Shown: in pieces, positions 10,013 through 19,886 of the stretch
Layout of the letters: each line of letters opens with the position of its first letter
Position numbering within the stretch: position 1 is the stretch's first letter
Assembly (NCBI GenBank): GCA_965230295.1
Contig: OZ246001.1
Location: 3,584,001 to 3,648,000, forward strand
DNA: 64,000 bases
Reading direction: 5' to 3'
Source: Marinicella sp.
Lineage (GTDB): Bacteria > Pseudomonadota > Gammaproteobacteria > Xanthomonadales > Marinicellaceae
Notes under the pieces: model-generated
What the model was told of the DNA's origin: nothing
What the model saw: the letters and a program-made list of their open reading frames with translations, nothing else
Databases searched by the model: none
Position numbers and translations under genes: made by a program

Positions 10013-13000
10013 TCAGGGTTTTTCTTTGATCAGTTTTTGATACATCGATGGTACCACCAATAACGACAAAGCGGTAGATACCAGTAAACCGGAAATGATA
10101 GACCAAGCCAAAGGCGGCCACAAAGTTGATTTGGTCATGACTAAAGGTAACAGTCCTGCGATTGTGGTTAAGGTGGTCAGGATGATCGGCCTGGTTCTGC
10201 GGGCAACAGCTTGCTCTATGGCTTTTTTCATTGGCATTCCTGCATCTTGATTTTTCTTAATTAGATCAAGCAGTACGATGGCATTGTTAACGACAATTCC
10301 CACCAGTGCAAGTACACCTAATGTGGCAGTGAACCCAAATGGTGTGCTGGTCAACAATAAGCCAAATGGTACACCGGCGAAAGCCAATGGTACAGTCACC
10401 AAAATGATCAGTAATTTTTTGAATGAGTTGAATTCTATCAGTAAAAACACCAACAACATGATGATGCCAATGGGCAGTGCCTTTCCTAATGACTGGTTGG
10501 CTTTGCCAGACTCTTGAATGGAGCCCGCAACATAGTAACGAACCCCGCGTGGAAATTCGACTTCTTCAAGCTTGGGTAAAAATTCATTCAGAACATCGTC
10601 ATAAGTATAGCCATCGACTGTTTCAGAAAAAACCGATGCGGTTCGCTGTAAATTGATGTGATTGATAGATGCAGGCAACCATTCAACACTTTTCTCAGTC
10701 AGTGCATTCAGTGACAATTGATATTCTCCATTGTGAATCGAAATGTCATCTAAATCCTGGATATTAAAATTCACATGCTCAGGTGACTGCATAACGATGT
10801 TGATGGGATCTTCATTACCACGGTATTGGCCAATTATCTGTCCTGAGGTTCGTAATGCCAGTCCACTGGCCAGTTCATCTCTGGTTACATCATTTCGGTT
10901 AAGTAGGGCATCTTTGGGAGACAATGTCAGTTTTGCCATGCCTAATCCAATGGTGTTGCGCAGAGTCCTGGTGCCAGGAGATTCGCCGAGTAAATCCTGA
11001 ATTTTTCTCACCGATTCTGTGAGTTCTTGTCGATCCTCGGCGATTACCCGGATCTCAATGGGTGCATCCGCCGGAGGTCCTTGTCCCAACCTTCTGGCCA
11101 CAATTTCAGCTTGCGGGTATTCGGGGGTCACTTCTGTAGTGATCCAATCAATGATTTCATTGCTGTATGCCACATCATCAAGAATACCAATGATTCTTGC
11201 AATGTGAGGAGCTCTGGGCTTCTCCACCAAATTGTAATAAAACACAGGGCCGGAGTTACCTACAAAGGTGGCCGTTTTTTGTACATGTTCTCGATCAGAT
11301 AACTGTCTGGCGATGGTCTGGGTGATTTGGGTGTTTTGAATGATGTGTGAGTTTTCCGGGAATTTGATATCAACTATCAATTGATTGCGATCTGTGTCAG
11401 GAAAGAACTCTTTTTGCACGTGGCTGAACATAAAGGCTGAAATCAATAAAAAGCCTACGGCACCCAGAATGATGATGTTGGTTTTACTCACGGCAATTTG
11501 ACCCAACTTATGACCCAGTAGTTGTAATTTGGATTCTCTGTTTTCTGCATGTTGCTTCAAAAATATATGGCTGAAGGCTGGTGTCACCATGATGGCATAG
11601 ACATAACTGACAGATATGGAAAGGATGATCATGGTTGGAATGGCCCGGGTGAAATCGGCGGAATTCCCTTGAGACAGTAACATTGGCATGAAAGCAGCGA
11701 TGGTGGTACCCGTTGCTGAACCCAAAGACATCGCCAGATTTTTCACGGATGTAACTGATGCATCTGAACCTCGCATGCCTTCGTCGATGTGGTATTGAAT
11801 GTTTTCAACCATCACAATGGCGTTATCTACCAGCATACCCAAACCTATGACCATACCGGCAATGGCCATCTGGTGTAACACACCACCGCCCAAGTTGAAC
11901 AATGCCAACGATGAAAACGTCACCAGGGGAATAACAGTGGCCACCACCAATCCAGGTCGCAAACCTAGAAAGAAAGCCAGGATAATGGTCACCAGTAGCA
12001 TCCCGGTTAGTAATGAACCACCCAACTCTTGAATTCGATCCAGAACACGATCCGGTTGAAAGAAGACTTCTTCTATCGTCACTTCAGGATATAAACGCCT
12101 GATGTCATCCATGTAAGTACGCAATTCTTCACCAAAATCCACCACGTTTAATTGGTTGATTGGAACATACAAGGACAAGGCAATGGCCCGTTCTTGGTGG
12201 TGCCAAAATCCAGAGTTTGATACATTTTCTGCTTCAAGCCTGATGTCAGCGATTGCTGATAATGGCAGTTGTTCCCCATTGGTTAACTCAATGCTGGTGT
12301 TCTTGATTTCTTCGATCGATTTGAATTCAGTGTGGGCGTCAATATTGACTCGGTTATTTCCAACATGCAAGGCGTTGATTGGCTGTGCTTTGGTGCGTTC
12401 GTTGATTTGTCGGGCGATGGATTCATGGTTGATGATCGAACTGTTGTTGAATGATTCCTTCAAAGTGATGGTGATTTGTTCCTCCGGCATTCCATACAAG
12501 GAAACCTTCCCAATGCCAGGTAAATTGAACATGCGATTTTTAATAGATTTGGCCGCCTCTCGTAACTGCATGATGTCATTAATTCCAGACAAACTATAAA
12601 CTGCCACAGCCGTATCGAGTAATCGATCTTCTACTGAGGGTTCAAGTACACCGTCAGGAAACAGCACTTGTGCTTTGTCAACAGCTCTTCGGACACGATC
12701 CCAAACCAAATCAGTGTCGGTGATGTGATCCAACATTTTAACAATGACCTGGACAAATCCTGAACGAACGGTGGCCCTGATTTCATCTATTTCTTCTATT
12801 TGGGCCAGTTCTTCTTCGAGTGGTTTTAAGACCTGCTTTTCAATCTTTTTAACATCAGCTCCAGGATACTGAACCAAAACAAAACCCTGGCGGTAAGGAA
12901 AGAAGGGGTCTTCCTGGCGATTCATGCTGGTCCATGAAAACAAACCAAAAAGCGCGAGGAAAATAGAAGTGGTTAATATCAGTCTTTTTTGACCGACCAG

Positions 13001-13018
13001 GACCCTGACTACACTCAT
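10013..13018 (-). CDS. RND efflux permease (AcrB/AcrD/AcrF family)
   Basis: 1001 aa, two-repeat RND topology, GMLVDNAIVMVE, GIVVNNAI, RTRPIILTTLTT. Confidence 0.92.
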   Translation of the reverse strand: MSVVRVLVGQKRLILTTSIFLALFGLFSWTSMNRQEDPFFPYRQGFVLVQYPGADVKKIEKQVLKPLEEELAQIEEIDEIRATVRSGFVQVIVKMLDHITDTDLVWDRVRRAVDKAQVLFPDGVLEPSVEDRLLDTAVAVYSLSGINDIMQLREAAKSIKNRMFNLPGIGKVSLYGMPEEQITITLKESFNNSSIINHESIARQINERTKAQPINALHVGNNRVNIDAHTEFKSIEEIKNTSIELTNGEQLPLSAIADIRLEAENVSNSGFWHHQERAIALSLYVPINQLNVVDFGEELRTYMDDIRRLYPEVTIEEVFFQPDRVLDRIQELGGSLLTGMLLVTIILAFFLGLRPGLVVATVIPLVTFSSLALFNLGGGVLHQMAIAGMVIGLGMLVDNAIVMVENIQYHIDEGMRGSDASVTSVKNLAMSLGSATGTTIAAFMPMLLSQGNSADFTRAIPTMIILSISVSYVYAIMVTPAFSHIFLKQHAENRESKLQLLGHKLGQIAVSKTNIIILGAVGFLLISAFMFSHVQKEFFPDTDRNQLIVDIKFPENSHIIQNTQITQTIARQLSDREHVQKTATFVGNSGPVFYYNLVEKPRAPHIARIIGILDDVAYSNEIIDWITTEVTPEYPQAEIVARRLGQGPPADAPIEIRVIAEDRQELTESVRKIQDLLGESPGTRTLRNTIGLGMAKLTLSPKDALLNRNDVTRDELASGLALRTSGQIIGQYRGNEDPINIVMQSPEHVNFNIQDLDDISIHNGEYQLSLNALTEKSVEWLPASINHINLQRTASVFSETVDGYTYDDVLNEFLPKLEEVEFPRGVRYYVAGSIQESGKANQSLGKALPIGIIMLLVFLLIEFNSFKKLLIILVTVPLAFAGVPFGLLLTSTPFGFTATLGVLALVGIVVNNAIVLLDLIKKNQDAGMPMKKAIEQAVARRTRPIILTTLTTIAGLLPLVMTKSTLWPPLAWSIISGLLVSTALSLLVVPSMYQKLIKEKP

Positions 13019-14076
13019 GACCGGCTCAACATTTGTTTCGGAGATAAGTTAACCTGACCAGCCGTGATCACTTCAACTTCACCCTGTTGTGACATGCGCA
13101 CAATGACATCATTGTTTTCTATATCTATCAGCTCAATGGGTGCTTGAATGACCTGATTGTTCTCAATCAGAAAGACAAAAGGTTCATTGATGCCGTCGTC
13201 AATCACACTTTCTATGGGCAATCTAAAAAACTCACCAATACTTTCTTTGATCTGCACGGTTATCTTTTCGCCAGACTTGATGTCATACATGATGGGCACA
13301 TCAAGCATGACTTTGAACAATTGGGATTTTGGATTGGCCGATAGGCTGATTTCTTTGACTGTAGCATTGATGAATTGGTTGTTATATTTCACTGCCAAAG
13401 ACTGACCTTGTTCTATATTGCGGTGCAAAAAAGAGGGTAAGAATATGGGTGCTTCTAAAGAATTTACGCCGCCAACCACCAGCACAACTTCACCTGGACT
13501 GATGACTTCACCCGCTTCTTTGTATATTTCAGCGATGTTACCGGCAAACGGTGCCTTTAATATGGTTTCATCAAACAAAGACTGTGCTTGCTCAAGTTGT
13601 GCTTCAATACTTTTTTTGGTGGCTAATAAATTGTCCTGTTGATTGGTCAAACGGTCCAGCTCATTTTGACTGATGGCGTTGGTTTTTTTAAGATTTTCAA
13701 CCCTTTTTACTTCCGCTTCGTTTTGTTCCAGTGTGGCTTCAATGGCCTCAATTTGGCTTTGAAACTGTTGTATCTGAGGCTCTAGCGAAGGATTGCTTAC
13801 TTTGAATAATTCTTCACCAGCTTCCACACTGTCACCAATTTTAATGAATTGTTCTTCAATGATGCCGCTGACCTGAAAGGACATGTTGGCTTGATCTGTG
13901 GGGACTACAAATGCTGCCACTTGATGGGTTTTGAATTGTTCAGATGGGCTGAATTTTGATGAACTGTAACCAATATTCTCTATGGGCTTAGTGGATTCTT
14001 TTTCTGCTTCAGTTTGGCATCCTGTCAGGCAAATACAGGCCATCATCATGACCATCATTGTGGATTTGTTTTTCAT
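13015..14076 (-). CDS. RND periplasmic adaptor (MFP), lipoprotein
   Basis: LTGC lipobox, lipoyl half-motifs, coiled hairpin, LKAPFAG; ATGA overlaps with neighbours. Confidence 0.9.
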   Translation of the reverse strand: MKNKSTMMVMMMACICLTGCQTEAEKESTKPIENIGYSSSKFSPSEQFKTHQVAAFVVPTDQANMSFQVSGIIEEQFIKIGDSVEAGEELFKVSNPSLEPQIQQFQSQIEAIEATLEQNEAEVKRVENLKKTNAISQNELDRLTNQQDNLLATKKSIEAQLEQAQSLFDETILKAPFAGNIAEIYKEAGEVISPGEVVLVVGGVNSLEAPIFLPSFLHRNIEQGQSLAVKYNNQFINATVKEISLSANPKSQLFKVMLDVPIMYDIKSGEKITVQIKESIGEFFRLPIESVIDDGINEPFVFLIENNQVIQAPIELIDIENNDVIVRMSQQGEVEVITAGQVNLSPKQMLSRS

Positions 14077-14651
14077 GGTTTTATACCTTCAATGGTGTTT
14101 TCTATGAAGTCATTGATGAATGATTCTGGATTCTTGTATATGGATTCATCCCAATGTTTGTAATGACATTCAGCGATAAAGTATTGATTGATTACAGTGA
14201 TGAAGTTCATCACCAAGATGACCGGATTGAACCCCTTACGCATCAGTCCATTTTCTTGTGCTTGTTTAATCAATTCACTGCCTCTGGCAATCAACGGTTG
14301 GTCCATTTGTCCGCACTTTTCATCGTTTTCCAAGTGTGCATAAGCAAAAAACCGTGGGATCAATGGATTGTTCTTAACAAATTCGAAATAATAGAACATG
14401 GATTTTCTGATCAATTCAATGGGGTCTTTTTCTCTTTCAAATAAATTAATTTGGTTTTCAGCATATTTTTTGAAAAACTTTTCTTTCACGGTTTCCCACA
14501 ATTGCTCTTTGTTTTCGAAATGATGAAATATCAAACTTTTTGTTACCCCGGCTTGCTTCGCGATCATCGACAATGAAACATGTGCAAACCCATGGGTGGC
14601 AAATAATGCCAAAGCTTCGTTCAGTATATTTTCTTTTTTTGATGTATTCAT
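14073..14651 (-). CDS. TetR/AcrR family regulator (probably leaderless, start ATG 14651)
   Basis: ILNEALALFATHGF..IAKQAGVTKSLIFHHFENKEQL HTH; a consensus promoter lies inside the ORF-track extension to 14687. Confidence 0.9.
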   Translation of the reverse strand: MNTSKKENILNEALALFATHGFAHVSLSMIAKQAGVTKSLIFHHFENKEQLWETVKEKFFKKYAENQINLFEREKDPIELIRKSMFYYFEFVKNNPLIPRFFAYAHLENDEKCGQMDQPLIARGSELIKQAQENGLMRKGFNPVILVMNFITVINQYFIAECHYKHWDESIYKNPESFINDFIENTIEGIKP

Positions 14652-14658
14652 GGGCTCA

Positions 14659-14687
14659 ATTATATGATTGACTGACCGATCGGTCAA
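14659..14687 (-). promoter_or_regulatory. Sigma70 promoter with palindromic TetR-type operator
   Basis: Minus strand TTGACC-17 nt-TATAAT-7 nt-ATG; perfect palindrome TGACCGATCGGTCA 14673-14686 overlaps the -35 and spacer. Confidence 0.8.
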
Positions 14688-14818
14688 TAAAGGATTGTAA
14701 AAAACAAGTAATTACATTTGGCATATTCAATCAGAGGCCAAAATAAGGTAATTTGTAACACTTTTACCTATGAACCGTGAAGTCAGGGTGATCGAATTAA
14801 ACGACCGCTACATATATA

Positions 14819-17800
14819 TTGATGGTAAAATTTTTTGCTTTTACTCACAACCACTCACTTGGGAGACATGACATGCTAAAACCCTTTGTACGACGAAAAC
14901 ACATCAAGCTCTGCGTGTGTATTCTGATGTTGTTATCATTCGTTTCAATGGCCAACACAACCGATCAATCAGGGACAAAATTACTGCGATTTGCAGATAT
15001 TCATAAAAACAAAGTGACCTTTGTTTATGGCGGTGACATCTACACTGCAGACATACAGTCAGGCCAAGCAAAACGACTGACTTCACACAAAGGTTTTGAG
15101 ACATTTCCTAAGTTTTCTCGTGATGGCAATAAAATCGCTTTCACCGCTGAATACACGGGATCAAGACAGGTTTATGTGATGAATACCGACGGCAGTGGTT
15201 TAAAACAACTGACATGGTATAACGACGTGGGCCCCATGCCACCAAGAGGTGGTTTTGATTATCGCATCTTAGACTGGTCAGCTGACAGTCAAAATATATT
15301 GGTGCGTGCCAATCGATTGCCTTGGGGCATTCGTATGGGACAACCTTATTGGGTCCCAGTACAAGGTGGCATGGAACAACCATTGGCTGTTCCTGAAACC
15401 GGTGGTGGCATGTTGTCACCTGATGGTAAAAAATTCATATACACCCCGATAGACCGTGAATTCAGAACCTGGAAACGCTATCGTGGTGGCCGTGCTCAAG
15501 ACGTATGGGTTTATGACTTAGAAGCCAACAGCAGTGAGCAATTAACCACCCATGCGGCCACTGACCATCAACCGGTATGGGTTGGTGAGGACATCTATTT
15601 CATCAGTGACCGTGATTATCATTTGAATTTGTATCGATATGTGGCAGGTGGTGAACCTGTAAAGGTCACAGATCATCAACAGTATGATGCATTGTGGGCA
15701 TCGGCCGGCCCAGATGCCATAGTTTATGAAAATGGTGGAAATCTCTGGCGATATGACCCAGCAAGCCAGCAAACCGAACCATTGAATATCAAAATCACAG
15801 CCAATCAGGAACACCTGTTGGCGCAGCGGAAAAATGTCAAAGACAACATAGATTCGATGACCATATCCCCTGATGCCAAACGGGTGGTTATTGCAGCCAG
15901 AGGAGAGCTGTTCTCAGTACCTGCAAAGACTGGTGAAATCAAAAACATCAGCAATACCCCCAGTGCCAGAGAAATTGATGTGACGTGGTCACCTGATGGT
16001 AAGCAGGTTGCTTATTTAAGTGATGCTTCTGGTGAGTATGAACTGTATACCAAAAACATCAAAACCAACAAAGTGACACGCATAACCAGTGATGGCAATA
16101 CTTGGCGCTTCCCGCCGGTGTGGTCACCTGACAGCCAGAAAATTGCTTACGCCGATACCAACCAAACTTTATGGGTCGCTGATGTTGAGAAGAAGAAAAG
16201 CAAAAAAGTAGATCGTTCCAGCAGAAATTTCATTCAAGACTATAGTTGGTCACCTGACAGTCAATGGTTGGTTTACAGCAAAACTGAAAACAGTGGATTT
16301 GGCTCATTGTATGTCTACAATCTGGGTGGTGACAAAGTCAGTCGTTTAACCAGTGAGTCATTCAATGATTTCTCCCCAGTCTTTGACCCTAACGGCCGTT
16401 ACTTGTTTTTCTTGTCTAACCGAGACTACAACTTGTCTTTCAGCAGTTATGAGTTCAATTATTTATACCATCGGGCTACTCGTGTCTATGCAGCCACACT
16501 CAACGATGACGTGCCTGCACTGTATCCATTTCAAAATGATGGCATGAGTACGGCTTCTAAAAACAATAAAAAAGCGGACACCGATAAAAATGCTGACAAT
16601 GAAGAAATCACAACAGTAGACATTAAATTGGCTGGATTTGATGACAGGGTTCGGGCATTACCAGGCGGTGCCAGCAATTATAACAACCTACAGTCTAATG
16701 GAGATGCGGTCTTTGTGGTTGAAAATGGAACCAATGGAAACAGCATCAAAATCATCAGTTTAGAAGACAATGAACAACCCAAAGTGGTGATGGCAGGTGC
16801 AACCAATTACCTCTTGTCGGGAGACGGTAAAAGCATGTTGGTTCAAAAAGGTCAAAACCACCACATTGTCAAAGCGGCTGCCGATCAAAAAGCCAAAGAA
16901 AACCAACTGGATCTCAAACATTTAACTTTAAAAATTGACCCGAAAGTTGAATGGCAACAAATGTATACGGATGCCTGGAGGATCCTCAGGGATTGGTTCT
17001 ATGATCCAGGTATGCATGGCAATGACTGGCAAGCCATACATGATAAATACCAACCCATGGCAGCTGCCGCCACCCATCGCACCGATTTAGACTACGTTTT
17101 TGGCGAGATCGCCGGTGAAATGAATGCTGGACACATCTATGTCAATTCTGGTGATCAACCACAAGTGGAGCGCCAACAGAATGGTTTGCTTGGTGCTGAA
17201 TTCGAAAAACACAAAAGTGGTTATTTTAAAATCAGTAAAATCTTTGCCGGTGAGAACTGGACTCCCAACAGGCGTTCTCCATTGACTGAATCTGGGATAA
17301 AAGCTGCTGTGGGTGATTTTGTGTTGTCAATCAATGGTCACAGTACCAAAGACACTGCCAATATTTATCAATTGTTGGAGCACACCCTGGACCGCACTGT
17401 GAGTATCGAATTGAATGACCAGGCGAAAGAATCAGGATCTTGGACGGTCCATGTCAAACCCATTGGTTCAGAAAGCCAGTTGCGTTACTTTAATTGGGTT
17501 GAAGAACGCCGTGCGATGGTAGACAAGTTGTCAGGAGGGCGCATTGGTTACGTTCACTTACCCAATACAGCCATTGATGGCAATCGTGAGTTGTTCAAAC
17601 AAATGCTCCCACAAATAGGTAAAGATGCTTTGATCATTGACGATCGTTACAATGGGGGTGGTTTTATCCCTGATCGCATGATCGAACTGTTGTCGCGTAA
17701 AACCATCAACTACTGGAAGCGCAGAGGTCTGGATTTAGACAGCAACGCCACACCATTGATTGCTCATGATGGGCCTAAAGTGATGTTAACCAACGGCCAA

Positions 17801-18145
17801 TCCAGTTCAGGTGGTGATGCCTTACCTTATTATTTCCGCAAAGCAGGCTTGGGTAAAATCATTGGTACCCGCACGTGGGGTGGATTGATTGGGATCAGTG
17901 GAAATCCAGGGCTGGCAGACGGTGGATCGATTTTGGCTTCAACATTCAGATTTATGGATACAGAAGGCAATTGGGCGGTAGAAAATGAAGGGGTTTCGCC
18001 TGATATTGAAGTGATCGATCGACCAGAGTTGGTGGCAGCGGGTAAAGACCCGTCCATTGAACGGGCGGTTGAGGAATTACTGAAAGACTTGAAAGAAAAC
18101 CCCAGGAAAACGATCAAGTCGCCGCCAGCGCCCACTGAATTTTAA
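14819..18145 (+). CDS. Tricorn protease homologue (S41 peptidase; PD40 propellers, PDZ)
   Basis: WKRYRGG, WSPD repeats, GYVHLPNT, DDRYNGGG, SSSGGD catalytic region, GTRTWGG, ENEGVSPDI; true start probably later (14873 or 14927). Confidence 0.92.
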   Translation: MMVKFFAFTHNHSLGRHDMLKPFVRRKHIKLCVCILMLLSFVSMANTTDQSGTKLLRFADIHKNKVTFVYGGDIYTADIQSGQAKRLTSHKGFETFPKFSRDGNKIAFTAEYTGSRQVYVMNTDGSGLKQLTWYNDVGPMPPRGGFDYRILDWSADSQNILVRANRLPWGIRMGQPYWVPVQGGMEQPLAVPETGGGMLSPDGKKFIYTPIDREFRTWKRYRGGRAQDVWVYDLEANSSEQLTTHAATDHQPVWVGEDIYFISDRDYHLNLYRYVAGGEPVKVTDHQQYDALWASAGPDAIVYENGGNLWRYDPASQQTEPLNIKITANQEHLLAQRKNVKDNIDSMTISPDAKRVVIAARGELFSVPAKTGEIKNISNTPSAREIDVTWSPDGKQVAYLSDASGEYELYTKNIKTNKVTRITSDGNTWRFPPVWSPDSQKIAYADTNQTLWVADVEKKKSKKVDRSSRNFIQDYSWSPDSQWLVYSKTENSGFGSLYVYNLGGDKVSRLTSESFNDFSPVFDPNGRYLFFLSNRDYNLSFSSYEFNYLYHRATRVYAATLNDDVPALYPFQNDGMSTASKNNKKADTDKNADNEEITTVDIKLAGFDDRVRALPGGASNYNNLQSNGDAVFVVENGTNGNSIKIISLEDNEQPKVVMAGATNYLLSGDGKSMLVQKGQNHHIVKAAADQKAKENQLDLKHLTLKIDPKVEWQQMYTDAWRILRDWFYDPGMHGNDWQAIHDKYQPMAAAATHRTDLDYVFGEIAGEMNAGHIYVNSGDQPQVERQQNGLLGAEFEKHKSGYFKISKIFAGENWTPNRRSPLTESGIKAAVGDFVLSINGHSTKDTANIYQLLEHTLDRTVSIELNDQAKESGSWTVHVKPIGSESQLRYFNWVEERRAMVDKLSGGRIGYVHLPNTAIDGNRELFKQMLPQIGKDALIIDDRYNGGGFIPDRMIELLSRKTINYWKRRGLDLDSNATPLIAHDGPKVMLTNGQSSSGGDALPYYFRKAGLGKIIGTRTWGGLIGISGNPGLADGGSILASTFRFMDTEGNWAVENEGVSPDIEVIDRPELVAAGKDPSIERAVEELLKDLKENPRKTIKSPPAPTEF

Positions 18146-18169
18146 AACAAGGATTTCTTTGTAAATAGA

Positions 18170-18198
18170 TTGACTTTTACCAATCTATGTGAAAAATG
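18170..18198 (+). promoter_or_regulatory. Possible promoter of the rtcB leader
   Basis: TTGACT at 18170-18175; only a weak -10 (TGtgAAAAAT); followed by hairpin CACTTGTCCGA/TCGGGCAAGTG 18203-18229. Confidence 0.35.
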
Positions 18199-18285
18199 TA
18201 CGCACTTGTCCGATGGGTTCGGGCAAGTGTAACCATTAAAAACGTGCTATGTGGCACCGAATTAGCATCTAAAGGAGGCTTAAAC

Positions 18286-18318
18286 ATGCAAAACAAATAT
18301 ACGAGAAAAATGAGTTAA
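18286..18318 (+). CDS. Putative leader peptide MQNKYTRKMS
   Basis: Strong SD AAAGGAGG (18271-18278) 7 nt before ATG; TAA is followed directly by alternative hairpins and a terminator. Confidence 0.7.
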   Translation: MQNKYTRKMS

Positions 18319-18376
18319 GCGCCTACCAACATATTTTGTTTGGAAGGCCAAGATTAACAGTGCCTTTCAGACTTTC

Positions 18377-18413
18377 AAAAAGCCTGAAATGCATTGCATG
18401 TCGGGCTTTTTTT
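18377..18413 (+). terminator. Intrinsic terminator (attenuator) upstream of rtcB
   Basis: AAAAAGCCTGA-a-ATGC-att-GCAT-g-TCGGGCTTTTTTT. Confidence 0.8.
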
Positions 18414-18536
18414 ATGCCAGAAAAAAGGCAAGCCTGATTTTTATAAGGAAACAGGCAGCAAGTATTTGCTGCTCAATCAGAGGAGTCTTGTGAGGTCGGT
18501 TTTCATCCGAAGAGCTTGCCCTGATACAGATCGGGG

Positions 18537-19766
18537 ATGAAAGAAGGGAAACAAGACACAAAAACTATGCCAATATTAAAACAAATAAACAAGGGTAAAG
18601 TACCCATAAAAATATATACAGAGGACATTGCACCCCAAGCCATCAATCAACTGGTGAATATTGCCAATTTGCCCATTGTTCACCACCATGTGGCAGTCAT
18701 GCCGGATGTGCATGTTGGGATTGGAGCCACCGTAGGTTCGGTGATTCCCACACTCAATGCTGTTATTCCAGCAGCGGTTGGCGTTGACATCGGTTGTGGT
18801 ATGAATGCGGTGAGAACCAGCTTAACAGCCAATGACTTACCAGATCATTTATTTGGTGTCAGGCGTGAAATTGAACGACTTGTTCCTGTAGGTTTCAACA
18901 AACACAAGAAGTCGGTGGTCAACCGGTCCAGTATCAATGGATTAGACAAGCCATTGGATGAAATCTTACATAAACACCCAGGCATCATGAAAATGTTGAA
19001 AAACTTCAACCCGACCTGGCAAAACCAGTTGGGTACATTGGGAGGAGGTAACCACTTCATTGAATTGTGTCTGGATGAAAATGATGATGTGTGGATTATG
19101 CTTCACTCCGGTTCTCGTGGCATCGGCAATGTGATTGGTCGATACTTCATCAACCTGGCCAAGAAAGACATGCAAAGACACCAACATCATTTACCTGATG
19201 TTAACTTGTCTTACTTGTCGGAAGGCAGTGATCATTTCGATGATTATGTGATGGCTGTTAATTGGGCCCAGGAGTATGCCTGGATGAATCGCCAGGAGAT
19301 GATGAAATTGGTGGTGAAGGCATTGCAAAACAGTGCATTGCCAGCATTCACTTTAACCAAGAAAGCCATCAACTGCCACCATAACTACATATCTCACGAG
19401 ACCCATTATGGAGAGGCGGTTTATGTAACCCGTAAAGGTGCCATCAGAGCAGGTGAAGGTGAGCTTGGCATCATTCCAGGGTCAATGGGAGCTAAATCCT
19501 ATATTGTTGAAGGTAGGGGTTCAAAAACATCATTCTGTTCATGTGCACATGGAGCAGGGCGAACCATGAGCCGCACCGAAGCCAAACGAACTTTCAATAC
19601 CCAGGATTTGAAACATCAAACCATGGGTGTTGAATGTCGCAAAGACAAGAACATGCTGGATGAAATTCCGGGTGCCTATAAGGACATCGATCAAGTGATG
19701 GAGAATCAACATGATTTGGTGTCTGTGGTTCATACTTTGAAACAAGTGGTTTGTGTCAAAGGATGA
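18537..19766 (+). CDS. rtcB: RNA ligase RtcB (3'-phosphate/5'-OH)
   Basis: MPDVH, GVDIGCG, LGTLGGGNHFIE, LHSGSRG, HHNY, RKGA, PGSMG, HGAGR (catalytic His), DEIPGAYKDI, C-terminal VKG; start may be ATG 18567. Confidence 0.96.
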   Translation: MKEGKQDTKTMPILKQINKGKVPIKIYTEDIAPQAINQLVNIANLPIVHHHVAVMPDVHVGIGATVGSVIPTLNAVIPAAVGVDIGCGMNAVRTSLTANDLPDHLFGVRREIERLVPVGFNKHKKSVVNRSSINGLDKPLDEILHKHPGIMKMLKNFNPTWQNQLGTLGGGNHFIELCLDENDDVWIMLHSGSRGIGNVIGRYFINLAKKDMQRHQHHLPDVNLSYLSEGSDHFDDYVMAVNWAQEYAWMNRQEMMKLVVKALQNSALPAFTLTKKAINCHHNYISHETHYGEAVYVTRKGAIRAGEGELGIIPGSMGAKSYIVEGRGSKTSFCSCAHGAGRTMSRTEAKRTFNTQDLKHQTMGVECRKDKNMLDEIPGAYKDIDQVMENQHDLVSVVHTLKQVVCVKG

Positions 19767-19775
19767 AAAAGTAAC

Positions 19776-19803
19776 AACCGCTGTTGGACAGTCAGCAGCG
19801 GTT
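19776..19803 (+). other. Intercistronic stem-loop after rtcB
   Basis: AACCGCTGTTG-gacagt-CAGCAGCGGTT (one G-U), poor U-tract. Confidence 0.5.
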
Positions 19804-19886
19804 TAACTTAGGAAACGATATGCAAGATAACAACGACAGAAAAACTAAAAACTTTATGAATACGAAAACACATATGAGAGAACATC

